Shown here: piece by piece, positions 7,159 through 17,977 of the stretch
Layout of the letters: each line of letters starts with the position of its first letter
Position numbering within the stretch: position 1 is the stretch's first letter
Assembly: GCA_965201135.1 (NCBI GenBank)
Contig: OZ241751.1
Coordinates: 1,780,248-1,844,247 of the forward strand
DNA length: 64,000 nucleotides
Direction of reading: 5' to 3'
Source: Dehalococcoidia bacterium
GTDB lineage: Bacteria; Chloroflexota; Dehalococcoidia; Lucifugimonadales; Australimonadaceae
Made by a program: the position numbers and the translations under genes
Notes under the pieces: model-generated
Told to the model about the DNA's origin: nothing
Databases searched by the model: none
What the model saw: the letters and a program-made list of their open reading frames with translations, nothing else

Positions 7159-8334
7159 CTACCGGGCGACGCCTTGCGCGGTTCGGTCGTCGCCTTGCGC
7201 GGCGAGGCGGGCGGCGGCGGACGCGATGAGGCTGCCCATCGCCGTCTCCGACCAGAACCAGCGCTGGCGGTCTTCCTCGCTTTCGTTGGGGCGCCGGCAG
7301 AGGCGCGCCTCCATAAAGAACGCCTTGAGGTCGTCGCAGGCGAGGCGGAGAAAGCGGGCGGACGGCGTTCCTTCGGGCGCGTCGGGATACGGCGCGTCGT
7401 CTCCGGCGGCGAACGCCTGCATCCACCGGACGAGACCGCGAAACCGGCGCTGGGGCGTTCCGCTGAGGCCGACCATCGTGCGGCCCTTCTCCGCGACCCA
7501 GCGCTCGTAGTAGCCGCGCAGCGCGGTGACCTCGCCGGCGGGGTCGCCGTCGCGGTTGGCGGCGTCCGCTTGCGCCACGCTCGCCTGCAGGAGGACGGGA
7601 GGCGCGTCGGCGTCCTCCGGGAACTCGGCGAGCGCGGGGACGGCCTGCGCCTGCAGCAGCCCGAGCGCGGCGGCGAGAACCTTATGCTGAAAGGCGGGGG
7701 CGTCCGGCTTGCCGAGCGCGAAACCGAAGGGGAACGGCGCCCAAAGCGCGCGGGGCGGCTTCACGCGCTGCGCGTGCTCCTTGACGAGCGCGATTGCGAC
7801 GGTGGGCAAGCCCGTCTCCTCTATGGCTCGCGCCAGCACACTGACCGTGTGCGTGCAGTTCGGTCAGGTGGGCGTGAGCAGCGCGGCGTCCGCGCCCTCC
7901 TCCAGCAGGAGGCGGCCGACCTCCGGCCCCGTCTCGCTTTCGATGCGGCGGGGGCTGCGCTGCGCGCCCATAAACGAATAACAGCGCTCCGCGAGCGAGC
8001 CGACCTCTCCGCGCTCGACGAGTTCCCGCATGCGGTCTATCGGAAACGTGACGTTCACGTCGCGCATAATGCCGGTGCGGTCGAACCCGATGCTCATATG
8101 GCTCTGGATGAGGTCGGCGGCTTGGGCGCCGGACGGAATGACGCGGTAGGACTCGTCGCCGGACGAGAAGGGAGCGTCGCCGCGCAAGTGCAGCCCGGCG
8201 GTGGTGACCAGCGCGACTTTGGCCTCGGCGAGCGGCTTCGAGAACGGCGCGAACGGGGCGTCGTCGTGGTCGAACGCGGGAAAGTTCAGCATCGCCTGCC
8301 GGGCTGCGTCGGGCAGATCTTCCAATCGCGGCAT
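7159..8334 (-). CDS. GRDB-family (glycine/sarcosine/betaine/D-proline reductase component B-like) protein with in-frame TGA, candidate selenoprotein
   Basis: Track ORFs 7864..8505 and 7159..7839 share one frame and are separated only by TGA at 7864..7866. The junction reads ..EEGADAALLTPT-U-PNCTHTVSVLARAIEETGLPTVAIALVKEH.., a UxxC motif. Start set at ATG 8334, with GGAG upstream. Confidence 0.7.
7836..7852 (-). promoter_or_regulatory. SECIS-like hairpin 3' of the in-frame UGA
   Basis: The mRNA reads GCACAC-GGUCA-GUGUGC, a perfect 6-bp stem with a GGUCA loop. The stem starts 12 nt after the UGA codon. Confidence 0.4.
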
Positions 8335-8476
8335 CGGCGTCTCCTTCGCTAGCGGAACGGATTTGCGGGGTATTGCGCCGCGCCGCATTTCGGCCTCGAC
8401 GGGACGAGTGCGACATTCGGCGCTTGCGCGGCGGCTTCCGCGCTCCCTATCGTAGCGCCCGCGCTTCGCAAAGCGT

Positions 8477-8788
8477 ATGCTAAACTCAGGGGAGGGCGAG
8501 GACATGGTTATGACGATGCAAGACCCGCGGGCAGCCGAAGACCGCCTCAGCAGGCTCGATGGAGCCTATGAGCAGGTGGACAAGCGCATGGCCGAGCAGA
8601 CGATGGCGACGGCGGCGCTTGCGGCGAAAGTGGACGCGCTCGGCGCGGAGTTGCGGCAGGAACTCCAGACGCAGTTTTCCGAGTTGCGCCGAGAGATCCG
8701 GGCCGACTTCAGAGTGCTGCGCCTCTTCGTGGGCGGCGCGTGGGTTTCGCTCGCCGCGCTCGTGGTCGGGCTCTACTTCGCGCGGTAG
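8477..8788 (+). CDS. Hypothetical coiled-coil protein with C-terminal membrane anchor
   Basis: 103 aa. An alternative start at 8504 follows GGGGAGGG. It has a heptad-like Ala/Leu/Glu/Gln region and then LFVGGAWVSLAALVVGLYF. Confidence 0.45.
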   Translation: MLNSGEGEDMVMTMQDPRAAEDRLSRLDGAYEQVDKRMAEQTMATAALAAKVDALGAELRQELQTQFSELRREIRADFRVLRLFVGGAWVSLAALVVGLYFAR

Positions 8789-8815
8789 GCTCAGGGAGCG
8801 GGGGCGGCGGACGGC

Positions 8816-9250
8816 CTACTCTTCCTCGTCCCCGTCGCCGGACAAGGGCGAGCGCGCTTTCTTGGCGCCGCCTCTGCGCCGCTTCTCCTCCAGCCTGCGC
8901 TCCGCCGCGGCCGGAGAGGGGCGCGTCGGTCGGCGCGTCGCTTGGGGCTCGGCGGCGCGCCGGAGGAGGCTCACGAGCCGCTCGACGGCGTCGTCGCGGT
9001 TGCGCTCCTGGCTGCGGTAGCGCTGCGCCTTGATGACGAGCGTTCCGTCGGAGGCGAGCCTGCGCCCGGCGACGCTTCGCAAGCGCCTCTTCACGTCGTC
9101 GGGCAGCGAGGGCGAGTTGGCGGCGTCAAAGCGCAGGTGGGCGGCGGCGGCCACGCGGTTCACGTTCTGCCCGCCGGGCCCGGAGGCCGTTACGTAGCGA
9201 AACTCCAACTCGCTCTCGGCGAGGCGAATGGCGCCGGTTACGGGGATCAT
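8816..9250 (-). CDS. arfB: Alternative ribosome-rescue factor / peptidyl-tRNA hydrolase ArfB
   Basis: 144 aa with the GGQ motif (ASGPGGQNVNRV) and a basic C-terminal tail, as in YaeJ/ArfB. Confidence 0.85.
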   Translation of the reverse strand: MIPVTGAIRLAESELEFRYVTASGPGGQNVNRVAAAAHLRFDAANSPSLPDDVKRRLRSVAGRRLASDGTLVIKAQRYRSQERNRDDAVERLVSLLRRAAEPQATRRPTRPSPAAAERRLEEKRRRGGAKKARSPLSGDGDEEE

Positions 9251-9316
9251 TTGCTCGAATCGTCCTGCGGGATGCCGGCTACAGGATAGCGGGGAGGCGC
9301 TCCATCCGCATACGGA

Positions 9317-10804
<1,488 letters not shown>

Positions 10805-10836
10805 ACGCTCCCGCTTCGAAGGCCGCTCCGATTCTA

Positions 10837-11247
10837 CTACGGGCGGGATTCTGCGCCGTCTTCCGACGGAAGGGCGACGGGATGGCCGTGGGGAGTAGCG
10901 AGGTAGGCGCGGCGCCAGGCTTCCTTGCGGCGCTCCGCCTCTTCCGAGGAGACGAGGCCGCGCTCGGCGCAGAGGTGCTCCAGGGCGCGCGTCCAGTGGC
11001 GGTAGTATCCGCCGCTGAGGTCCGGGTCGCCGGATTCCCCGGCGACGCGTATCTCCCCGGCGAGCGCGTCCGCCCACTCGCTCCACGTGAAGAGTCCCGC
11101 GGCGGAGAGGCGGACGGCGAGCGCGAACGCCGACGCTTCCCACGGCTCGGCGAACACTGGCGCGCCCTCGTCGTCGAGCGGAACGCCGCCGAGGATCGAG
11201 AGGTCGGCGGTCGGCGGGGACTCCCCGCCCTTATGAGGCGTTTGCAT
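10837..11247 (-). CDS. Nitrile hydratase accessory (activator) protein
   Basis: ..PVFAEPWEASAFALAVRLSAAGLFTWSEWADALAGEI.. is the typical motif of the NHase accessory protein family. The gene lies in the NHase gene string. Confidence 0.8.
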   Translation of the reverse strand: MQTPHKGGESPPTADLSILGGVPLDDEGAPVFAEPWEASAFALAVRLSAAGLFTWSEWADALAGEIRVAGESGDPDLSGGYYRHWTRALEHLCAERGLVSSEEAERRKEAWRRAYLATPHGHPVALPSEDGAESRP

Positions 11248-11280
11248 ATTCTCGGCTCCTGTTCGGCGGCGCCCTCTCCC

Positions 11281-12492
11281 TCAACTCCGCAGCGTCCCAC
11301 GCGAATTGTCTTCCGTCTCTTGCTCTTCTCCGCCGGATTCGAACTCCCCTTGCTTGTAGGATTGATCAACCAGGGGGGTGACCACCTCGATATATTGCCG
11401 GATCATGTCGGCGAACTTCTCTGCGAAGTCGTCCGTGAGTTCCTCAACTCCGAAAAGCAGCGTCCAATTGGCGTACTTCTGGATGTGTGCATCCACATGG
11501 ATGCCTTCTATGCCCTGTTTCACCGTTTCGTAAAGGCTACCGGGGAGACTGCGTTCGTGTCCGAGATGAATTGCAGCAAGCCATTCCTCTTCGACCATGT
11601 CGAGGGCTTTCTTGTCTAGCAACGATCGAGCGTCATTCTTCCTTCGCAGTATGATCCTATAGCAGCACACCTTGTTCTCCCAAGGTTTGCGTCCATACCA
11701 GAGACGCCACCATCCCCGTGCCGCCCCCCTGCGTTCCCATTGCGTCACGTTGATAGCTTCTAACCTGCCGTCGACTAAATTAAGTACGTTCTGTAAGACA
11801 TTTCGGATATCGTTGGCGTCAGGGTTGACGCGAGTCGGTCGCAAGCCCAGATTCTCGTCCCCAATCCCAATACGATAGCCTTCCGTGCCGGGGGCAGGGA
11901 TGATTGTGTTCGCTTGCAGGTAGAGGGAATCGCCGTCTTGGTAGGGCGTCAGTTGGACGCAGGCGATCACGTCCTCGCTCATCCTTTCGTTGAGCCAAAG
12001 GACGGCCGACGTCACTTCCCGCGCGAATCGGTGGCTGGCGATGATGATGCGCTGGCTGCGGTTAAGGCTGTCAAGGTCGCCCGTATCGAGGTGGCGGAGC
12101 AGTTTTTCCTGCGCCTCTTCTTCGGAAGCCCCGGTGTAGTCCGCGAGCATCCCGACTATGTCGGCGGCGTTGGCGCGGTGGAGGTAACTGGCGTACTTGA
12201 TGGACTGCCAGTGGACGTCCGCTCCCGTGTCGTCGCGCTTGAGTTCGATGATGACGAGGTTGCCGAGCCTGTCCACCGCCAGCAAGTCGAGCCGCTCGTT
12301 CGTCCAGTCGAACTTGTCGTACTCCTTGGCGATGATCAAGAGGTCGTCGCCGAGGATGGTCGGGTTCAAGGCTATCCATTCCTGGATGTCGTGGCGCTCC
12401 TGGAACCCAAGCGCGGCGAAATCCGCCTCACGGACTCGCTCGGAGGTCTTCTTGACGGCGTTGACGCGAAAGAGTTGGGGCGCGGGGCTCAT
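11281..12492 (-). CDS. PD-(D/E)xK nuclease-fold protein (NucS/DUF91-like N-terminus, DUF4268-like C-terminus)
   Basis: 403 aa with visibly lower GC. ERHDIQEWIALNPTILGDDLLIIAKEY..ERLDLLAVDRLGNLVIIELKRDD gives the D..(E)xK arrangement of NucS-type endonuclease domains. Confidence 0.65.
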   Translation of the reverse strand: MSPAPQLFRVNAVKKTSERVREADFAALGFQERHDIQEWIALNPTILGDDLLIIAKEYDKFDWTNERLDLLAVDRLGNLVIIELKRDDTGADVHWQSIKYASYLHRANAADIVGMLADYTGASEEEAQEKLLRHLDTGDLDSLNRSQRIIIASHRFAREVTSAVLWLNERMSEDVIACVQLTPYQDGDSLYLQANTIIPAPGTEGYRIGIGDENLGLRPTRVNPDANDIRNVLQNVLNLVDGRLEAINVTQWERRGAARGWWRLWYGRKPWENKVCCYRIILRRKNDARSLLDKKALDMVEEEWLAAIHLGHERSLPGSLYETVKQGIEGIHVDAHIQKYANWTLLFGVEELTDDFAEKFADMIRQYIEVVTPLVDQSYKQGEFESGGEEQETEDNSRGTLRS

Positions 12493-12570
12493 CGGGCCTC
12501 CATCGGATGGGCTAGGCGGGCAGCATAGCGCGGCCTGCGGTGTTCCGCAAGGCGAGCCGCCGCCCCGCGT

Positions 12571-13242
12571 TCACCCCGCAGGCTCGAGGTAGTCTTCCCA
12601 GAGGTCGACGTAGACGGCGGCGTTGGGGTTGGCGGACTCGCCCCACAGTTCGCGGGCGTCGAACCGGACGCTGTAGAGGTGGCGCCCCTCGTCAACGCCC
12701 TCCGCGCTGAGGTCGGGGAAGACCTGCGCGCCGTAATGCTCGCGGACGACGCCCTCGCGGCCTCTGACGTAGCGCGGCTCGCGGGTGTGGCCCCGCGGAT
12801 GGCGGTTGCGCGCGCGCACGCGGTCGCCCGGGGCGAATCGCGGGGGCGCGGATTCGGGGCGCGCGTAACTCGTGGTCATTATCGGCGCGGCGCGGACTTG
12901 CTCCGGGCGGACGGCGCGGGCGGCGATTTCCGGGGGCGCGGGAGAGGCGGCTTCGCCGCTCCGCAACTCGTCGAGGGAGACGAGGCCGCGCTCCGTCAAC
13001 TGCGTCTCCATCCCGGCGAGCCAACTCTCGTAGTACGAGCGGGCGAGGTAATCGGCGGGGCGCTGGCGCTCGCGGGCGTGGCGCGCCATATCCAAGTTCC
13101 ACAGCCCAAGCCGCCCGATGAGGCGCGCAAGGCCGTAGACGCGCCCCTCCCACGCGGCGTGAAAGACGGGCTCATCCGACTCCGGCTCCGGGACGACGGG
13201 GCCGAATCCGTCCATGCCGCCGAGGTCGTGGACGCCGTTCAT
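12571..13242 (-). CDS. nthB: Nitrile hydratase beta subunit
   Basis: Starts [19 protein letters not shown].. at ATG 13242, which overlaps the nthA stop (ATGA). The upstream part of track ORF 12571..13683 is a shadow. Confidence 0.9.
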   Translation of the reverse strand: MNGVHDLGGMDGFGPVVPEPESDEPVFHAAWEGRVYGLARLIGRLGLWNLDMARHARERQRPADYLARSYYESWLAGMETQLTERGLVSLDELRSGEAASPAPPEIAARAVRPEQVRAAPIMTTSYARPESAPPRFAPGDRVRARNRHPRGHTREPRYVRGREGVVREHYGAQVFPDLSAEGVDEGRHLYSVRFDARELWGESANPNAAVYVDLWEDYLEPAG

Positions 13243-13868
13243 CGCGCGGCGGCCATTTCCGGCGACTTGGCGGTCTCGACGCCGACCATCGAGTTGCGCG
13301 TCACGAGCGTTGCGAGGCGCTCCTCGTCCCAGCCGTCGGTTCCGTCGGGGCGTTGCGGGAGGACGAGGTAGCGCATCTCGGACGTGGAGTCCCACACGCG
13401 GACTTCGGCGTCTTCGGGCGCATCCTCGCCGAACGCCTTGAGGACGCCGCGAGGGTCGGCGACGGCCTGCGCGCGGTAGGGCGCGGACTTGTACCAAACG
13501 GGGGGCAGGCCGAGCAGCGGCCAGGGGTAGCAGGAGCAGAGCGTGCAGACGACGAGGTTGCGGACGGCGTCGGTGTTCTCGACGACGCGCATCTGCTCGC
13601 CCTGCGCCGCGACGTAGCCCATCGAGGCGACGGCTTCGACGGGCTCGGCGAGCAGGCGGCGCTTGAAGGCGGGGTCGGCCCACGCCCGGGCGACGACGCG
13701 CTTGCCGTTCGCGGGCCCGATCTTGTCCTCGTAGAGGTCGACGATCTCGTCGAGCGCGTCCGCGTCCACGAGCCCCTTCTCGATGAGGAGGGACTCCAGC
13801 GCCTTGACGCGCAGTTCTATGTCGGAGGGCGGCTCCGCGTGGTCGTGTCCGTTATGGCGGTCGCTCAT
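13239..13868 (-). CDS. nthA: Nitrile hydratase alpha subunit, cobalt type
   Basis: Metal-binding motif [11 protein letters not shown]. Thr in CTLCSC marks the Co type; the Fe type has Ser. Start at ATG 13868 with GGAG upstream. Confidence 0.9.
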   Translation of the reverse strand: MSDRHNGHDHAEPPSDIELRVKALESLLIEKGLVDADALDEIVDLYEDKIGPANGKRVVARAWADPAFKRRLLAEPVEAVASMGYVAAQGEQMRVVENTDAVRNLVVCTLCSCYPWPLLGLPPVWYKSAPYRAQAVADPRGVLKAFGEDAPEDAEVRVWDSTSEMRYLVLPQRPDGTDGWDEERLATLVTRNSMVGVETAKSPEMAAAR

Positions 13869-13936
13869 TGGCTTCTCCGTTGCGGGCGTCAATAACCCCA
13901 AGCATACCCTACTGCCGTTGCCAGCGCCCTCTTGCC

Positions 13937-14188
13937 GTGATTCCCGCATAGGCGGGAATCACGTCCCATTTAAAGGCGCGCAAGCGCCTGCATCCCCCTC
14001 TCCCTAGAAGGGGAGAGGGCGCCGCGAACGTGGCGGGAGAGGGTACTGCGGACAGGGCGCAATGCGCCCCGTCATTCCCGCGAAAGCGGGAATCCCGCCC
14101 CCACTTGAGGCGCCCCAGCGCCGCAGACGGGGCGCAGCCCCGTCTCCATAGAATCCCCGGCGCATCGTCATTCCCGCGAAAGCGGGAA
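13937..14188. repeat. Palindromic repeat mosaic
   Basis: Modules A-B-C-D-E-A followed by a type II unit. The terminal GTCATTCCCGCGAAAGCGGGAA hairpin abuts the IS30 insertion. Confidence 0.9.
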
Positions 14189-15178
14189 TGTGGATCCACA
14201 TTCGAAGCGCAACACCTGCTGTTCGTTCCAGAATACCTCAACCGGCGTCCGGTAGCCCAGCGCCGCGCGCGGCGTGTTGTTGGAGCGCAACGCGCACAGC
14301 GTCAACTCCTCGTCCGACACCCCGTCCAAGTCCGTCTTCCGAGGCAACTCCCGCCGCAGCCGGCCTATCGCGTTCTCCACTCCCCCTTTCTGCCATGGCG
14401 ACCTCACGTCGCAGAAGAACGTCTCCGTCCCTATCGCGTGCAACTCGTAATGCCGCGCAAACTCCGTCCCGTTGTCGAACGTCACGCTCCGCCGCATCTC
14501 CAACGGCAGAGCCCCCAGCGTCGCCACCATCGCTTGCGCGACAGGCTCCGCCCCCTTGCTCTCAGGCCGCAACACGAGCGACAGCCGCGACGCGCGCTCG
14601 TGCAGGATCAGCAGCGCCTGCTTCCGAACGCCGAACAGCATCGTGTCCGCCTCCCAGTGGCCGAACTCGACCCGGCCGGCGGCCTCCGGAGGCCGCTCCG
14701 CCAGCGGGCGGCGCTCACGGATGAACACGGCGGAACTGCGCCCCTTGCGGGAGCGCCGGCCCCTCTTCGCCTTCGCCTGCGGCAGGTAATGCCGCCAGCC
14801 GTAGTCCTTCTTCCTCTTCACCTGGCCGTAGATGAACCGGTAGATCGTCTCGTCCGAAATCACCGGCCTGCCCATCTCCAACGCCAAGCGCCCGGCCACT
14901 TGCTCAGGCGACGCGCCCCACGCGAGCCGCCAAAGCACGGCCTCCCGCAGCAAGTCGTCGCGGTCGAGGCGCGGCCCGCGCCACCGCCGCGCCTGCGCCC
15001 GCTCGTTCGCCTGCACCGGCCTGTACTCGCCTGAGCTCAACCGGTTGCGGTTGATCTCGCGAGAGATTGCCGATGGCGAGCGATCCAGACTTGCAGCGAT
15101 TTGCCTGACCGCGGTCCCCGCTTTGAGTAGGCGGGCAATCTCACACCGCTCTTCGATCCCGATATGGCTGTATCCCAT
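14168..15178 (-). CDS. IS30-family DDE transposase
   Basis: 336 aa. It has an N-terminal HTH (ERCEIARLLKAGTAVRQIAASLDRSPSAISREI) and DDE-region motifs HWEADT, FDNGTEF and QKGGVEN. The ORF reads through the IS end and terminates 21 nt into flanking repeat DNA. Confidence 0.9.
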   Translation of the reverse strand: MGYSHIGIEERCEIARLLKAGTAVRQIAASLDRSPSAISREINRNRLSSGEYRPVQANERAQARRWRGPRLDRDDLLREAVLWRLAWGASPEQVAGRLALEMGRPVISDETIYRFIYGQVKRKKDYGWRHYLPQAKAKRGRRSRKGRSSAVFIRERRPLAERPPEAAGRVEFGHWEADTMLFGVRKQALLILHERASRLSLVLRPESKGAEPVAQAMVATLGALPLEMRRSVTFDNGTEFARHYELHAIGTETFFCDVRSPWQKGGVENAIGRLRRELPRKTDLDGVSDEELTLCALRSNNTPRAALGYRTPVEVFWNEQQVLRFECGSTFPLSRE

Positions 15179-15222
15179 GGCGCCACCTTACTCTGGTGTT
15201 GCGCTTCGTTTGGGAATCCAGT
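14189..15222 (-). mobile_element. IS30-family insertion sequence (~1.03 kb)
   Basis: The imperfect terminal inverted repeats are TGTGGATCCACATTCGAAGCGCAACACC (14189..) and the reverse complement of GGTGTTGCGCTTCGTTTGGGAATCCAGT (..15222). There is a 3-bp direct repeat GAA at 14186..14188 and 15223..15225. Removing the IS restores GCGGGAACCTACCCC, the canonical repeat-unit end. Confidence 0.85.
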
Positions 15223-15321
15223 GAACCTACCCCGCTCGCCGCCGGATACGTTGTTCCCGCGAAAGCGGGAACGACTGCAAGGGACGGCAGGGCGGCAAAG
15301 GGCGCTGCGCCGTAGGGGGTT

Positions 15322-15774
15322 CTAGCAGGCGGAGGGCTCCACCTTGGCGCGGAGGCGGTTGAAGAACTCGTCTATGACCTGCATGCCGGTGGCGCGGAGG
15401 ATCATATCGCCGACGATGCCGAGCCGGCCCTTGATGTTGACCTCGGCGGCGTAGGCGAGTTCGCAGCCGCCGTCCGCCTCGGCGAGCGTCATCTCTATCG
15501 CGGCGGTCATCGCGCTTTTCGTGAGGGAGTCCTCGCCTTCGACGCGGGCGGCGAGGCGGACGGGCTCCTCGGCCTCGACGATTTCGGCGCGGAAGGCGAA
15601 GTCGCCGGAGACGGGGCCGACCTTCGCGCTCATTCCGCCCTCGAAGGTTCGGTCGTCTATCTTGACGACGTTCTGGACGCCGGGCATGCACTCGGCGAAT
15701 TGCTCGATGTCGAGAGCGACGCGCCAGACGTCGGCGGGGGCAGCGCGGAAGTCGACTTTGCCGTGATATTTCAT
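15322..15774 (-). CDS. SRPBCC/CoxG-family protein
   Basis: 150 aa. ..AAPADVWRVALDIEQFAECMPGVQ..GPVSGDF.. is typical of carbon monoxide dehydrogenase subunit G-like proteins. Confidence 0.7.
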   Translation of the reverse strand: MKYHGKVDFRAAPADVWRVALDIEQFAECMPGVQNVVKIDDRTFEGGMSAKVGPVSGDFAFRAEIVEAEEPVRLAARVEGEDSLTKSAMTAAIEMTLAEADGGCELAYAAEVNIKGRLGIVGDMILRATGMQVIDEFFNRLRAKVEPSAC

Positions 15775-15853
15775 GCGTCTCCTCTCGCGGCGCGGATTGG
15801 CGCGAGGGGCAAGATTACCGCAACGAGAGCGCGGAGGGCAACGGCGGCGCGCC

Positions 15854-16951
15854 CTACAGCGCGTAGAGGCGGCGCGGGTTGTCGGAGAGGATCTTGCGCT
15901 TGGCGTCCTCGCCGATCCCGTAGTCGGCGGCGCGAAACACGCCGATGGCGTCCGTCTCGCTCGATATGTCCGTGTGGCCGTAGTCCGTGCCGATGACGAT
16001 GTTGTCCTCGCCCGCGTACTTGAGGATGAACTCCAGATCGTCGTCGGTCTCGCAGGCGGCGTATATCCGGTATTCGGGGAAGATGTCCCAGGGGACGTCG
16101 CGTCCCAGTTTGCGGGAGCGGCGGCGCGCCTCTTTGACGAGCCACGGCGCCCATTGCGCGCTCACCTCGATGAACCCCCAGCGCAACTGGGGGAAGAGCG
16201 ACGGAACCTCGCTCATAATGTACTCGTGGCAACTGGTGACGGTGGGGACGCGCAGGTGGGAGAAGGAGGAGCCGAGGTCGTACTGCGACTTCAGCCGGTC
16301 GGCGAGGAGAGCGTCGGCGTTGGAGACGTGCACGATGATGGCGAGGTCGAGGCGCTGGGCCTCTTCGTAGATCGGATAGAAGTAGGGGTCTATGAGGTGG
16401 CGGTTGGCCTCGTGGGCGCGGAGGCAGACGGCGACCGCGCCGTTCTCTTTCGCGCCGCGCATCTGGACGAGCGATTCCGAAATCGTCAGCGTGGGGAGCA
16501 CGCACGACCAGCGCAGGCGGCCCTGTCCGCGCCGGTGGACGTCGGCCATCCAGCGGTTCCAGCAGCGGCAGAGGACGGCCTCCGTGTCGGGGCGCTCGGC
16601 GACGTTGGTGATCCAGAGCGTGTTGTGGAGCACCTGCACGTCCACGCCCAACTCGTCCATATGGTTCAGGCGCAGTTCCACGTCGTCCATTTCGCGGGCG
16701 GCGACCGGAGTGACGACGTTGTAGCCGGAGCGGCGGGAGATCTCCTCCAGTTGCTTCTCGGCGAGCGTCGGCAGTTTCGTGCCGCGCGTCTTGCCGTCTA
16801 TGAACCAGAACTCCTGCTCCGGGCGCGTCGGCGAGCCGTAGAGCGCGGGGCGGCAGCGCTCCTCGTCCGGGTCCAGGAAGTCCCACGTGCGGGCGGACTC
16901 CACCACGTGCGCGTCCGCGTCTATGATCAGCGTCTCCGTTTGCGTCGCCAT
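15854..16951 (-). CDS. Amidohydrolase-2 (ACMSD-like) family metal hydrolase
   Basis: 365 aa. It has the N-terminal IIDADAHVVE..RTWDFLDP and C-terminal GTDYGHTD motifs. It is a paralog of 28753..29817. Confidence 0.75.
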   Translation of the reverse strand: MATQTETLIIDADAHVVESARTWDFLDPDEERCRPALYGSPTRPEQEFWFIDGKTRGTKLPTLAEKQLEEISRRSGYNVVTPVAAREMDDVELRLNHMDELGVDVQVLHNTLWITNVAERPDTEAVLCRCWNRWMADVHRRGQGRLRWSCVLPTLTISESLVQMRGAKENGAVAVCLRAHEANRHLIDPYFYPIYEEAQRLDLAIIVHVSNADALLADRLKSQYDLGSSFSHLRVPTVTSCHEYIMSEVPSLFPQLRWGFIEVSAQWAPWLVKEARRRSRKLGRDVPWDIFPEYRIYAACETDDDLEFILKYAGEDNIVIGTDYGHTDISSETDAIGVFRAADYGIGEDAKRKILSDNPRRLYAL

Positions 16952-16976
16952 CGCGGTCTCCTTTCTTCTCTCTCCG

Positions 16977-17777
16977 TCAGCCGGGGACGCGCCCGCCGTT
17001 GACGTCCAGCACGGCGCCGGTCACGTAGGACGCCTCGTCCGACGCGAGGTAGAGGACGGCGGCCGCGACGTCGGCGACGGTTCCGGCGCGTCGGACGGCG
17101 GTCGTCTGCTCGACGGGGGCGCGGCCTTGCGCGTAGGGATGGACGGCGGCGCGGTCGGGGTGCTCCACGCTGCCTGGTGCGACGGCGTTGACGCGGACGG
17201 GCGCCCACTCCGCCGCCATCGTGCGGGTGAGGGAGATGACGCCGGCCTTCGCCGCGCCGTAGGCGCCGTTGCCCGGGCTCGGCCCCTGGCCGGATATGGA
17301 CGCGAGGTTGACGATCGCGCCGCCTCCGCGCTCCAGCATCGCGGGGGCGGCGGCGCGCCCGCACAGAAACACGCTCGCCAGATTCAGCCGCAGGCACTCG
17401 TGAAAATCGGAGGGCGAGAGGTCGAGGAGCGGCGCCATTTTGAACGTCTCGCCCCAAGTCGCGCCCGCGTTGTTGACGAGGACATCGAGCCGTCCGAAGG
17501 CGGCGAGCGTCTGCTCGACGATGCGCTGCGCCTCATCGGGCTCGCGGACGTCGGCGAGAATGCCGACGGCCTTGCGGCCCATCGCCTCTATCTCGCGGAC
17601 GACGGGCTCGACGGGGCGGTGGATGCGCTCCGATCCGGCGGTCACGGCCTCCGGCGCGCGGGCGACGACGGCGACGTTCGCGCCATGCTCAGCGAGCGCG
17701 AGCGCGACGCCGCGCCCGATGCCCTGGCTCGCGCCGGTCACCACCGCGGCCTTTCCGGAGATGTCCAACGACGGCAT
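16977..17777 (-). CDS. SDR-family oxidoreductase
   Basis: Carries the TGASQGIGRG cofactor motif and the YGAAKAG (YxxxK) catalytic motif. Confidence 0.85.
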   Translation of the reverse strand: MPSLDISGKAAVVTGASQGIGRGVALALAEHGANVAVVARAPEAVTAGSERIHRPVEPVVREIEAMGRKAVGILADVREPDEAQRIVEQTLAAFGRLDVLVNNAGATWGETFKMAPLLDLSPSDFHECLRLNLASVFLCGRAAAPAMLERGGGAIVNLASISGQGPSPGNGAYGAAKAGVISLTRTMAAEWAPVRVNAVAPGSVEHPDRAAVHPYAQGRAPVEQTTAVRRAGTVADVAAAVLYLASDEASYVTGAVLDVNGGRVPG

Positions 17778-17977
17778 AGGGTCGCTGCGCTCCTTTCCCG
17801 CTTATGGGGACGCGGGCGGATGTTACGCTATTCGCTCTCAGCGCGCAGGCTCCGCGCTTGCGCCATCCGCCCCGCGCTCGCAAGAGCCCCTCGCGCTCCG
17901 CGCTGCAATGCTTTACCCTTAAGCCTTGCGGCGCCGCGAGGCGCCGAACACGCCAGCATAAGCGGAGGCGACCACAA

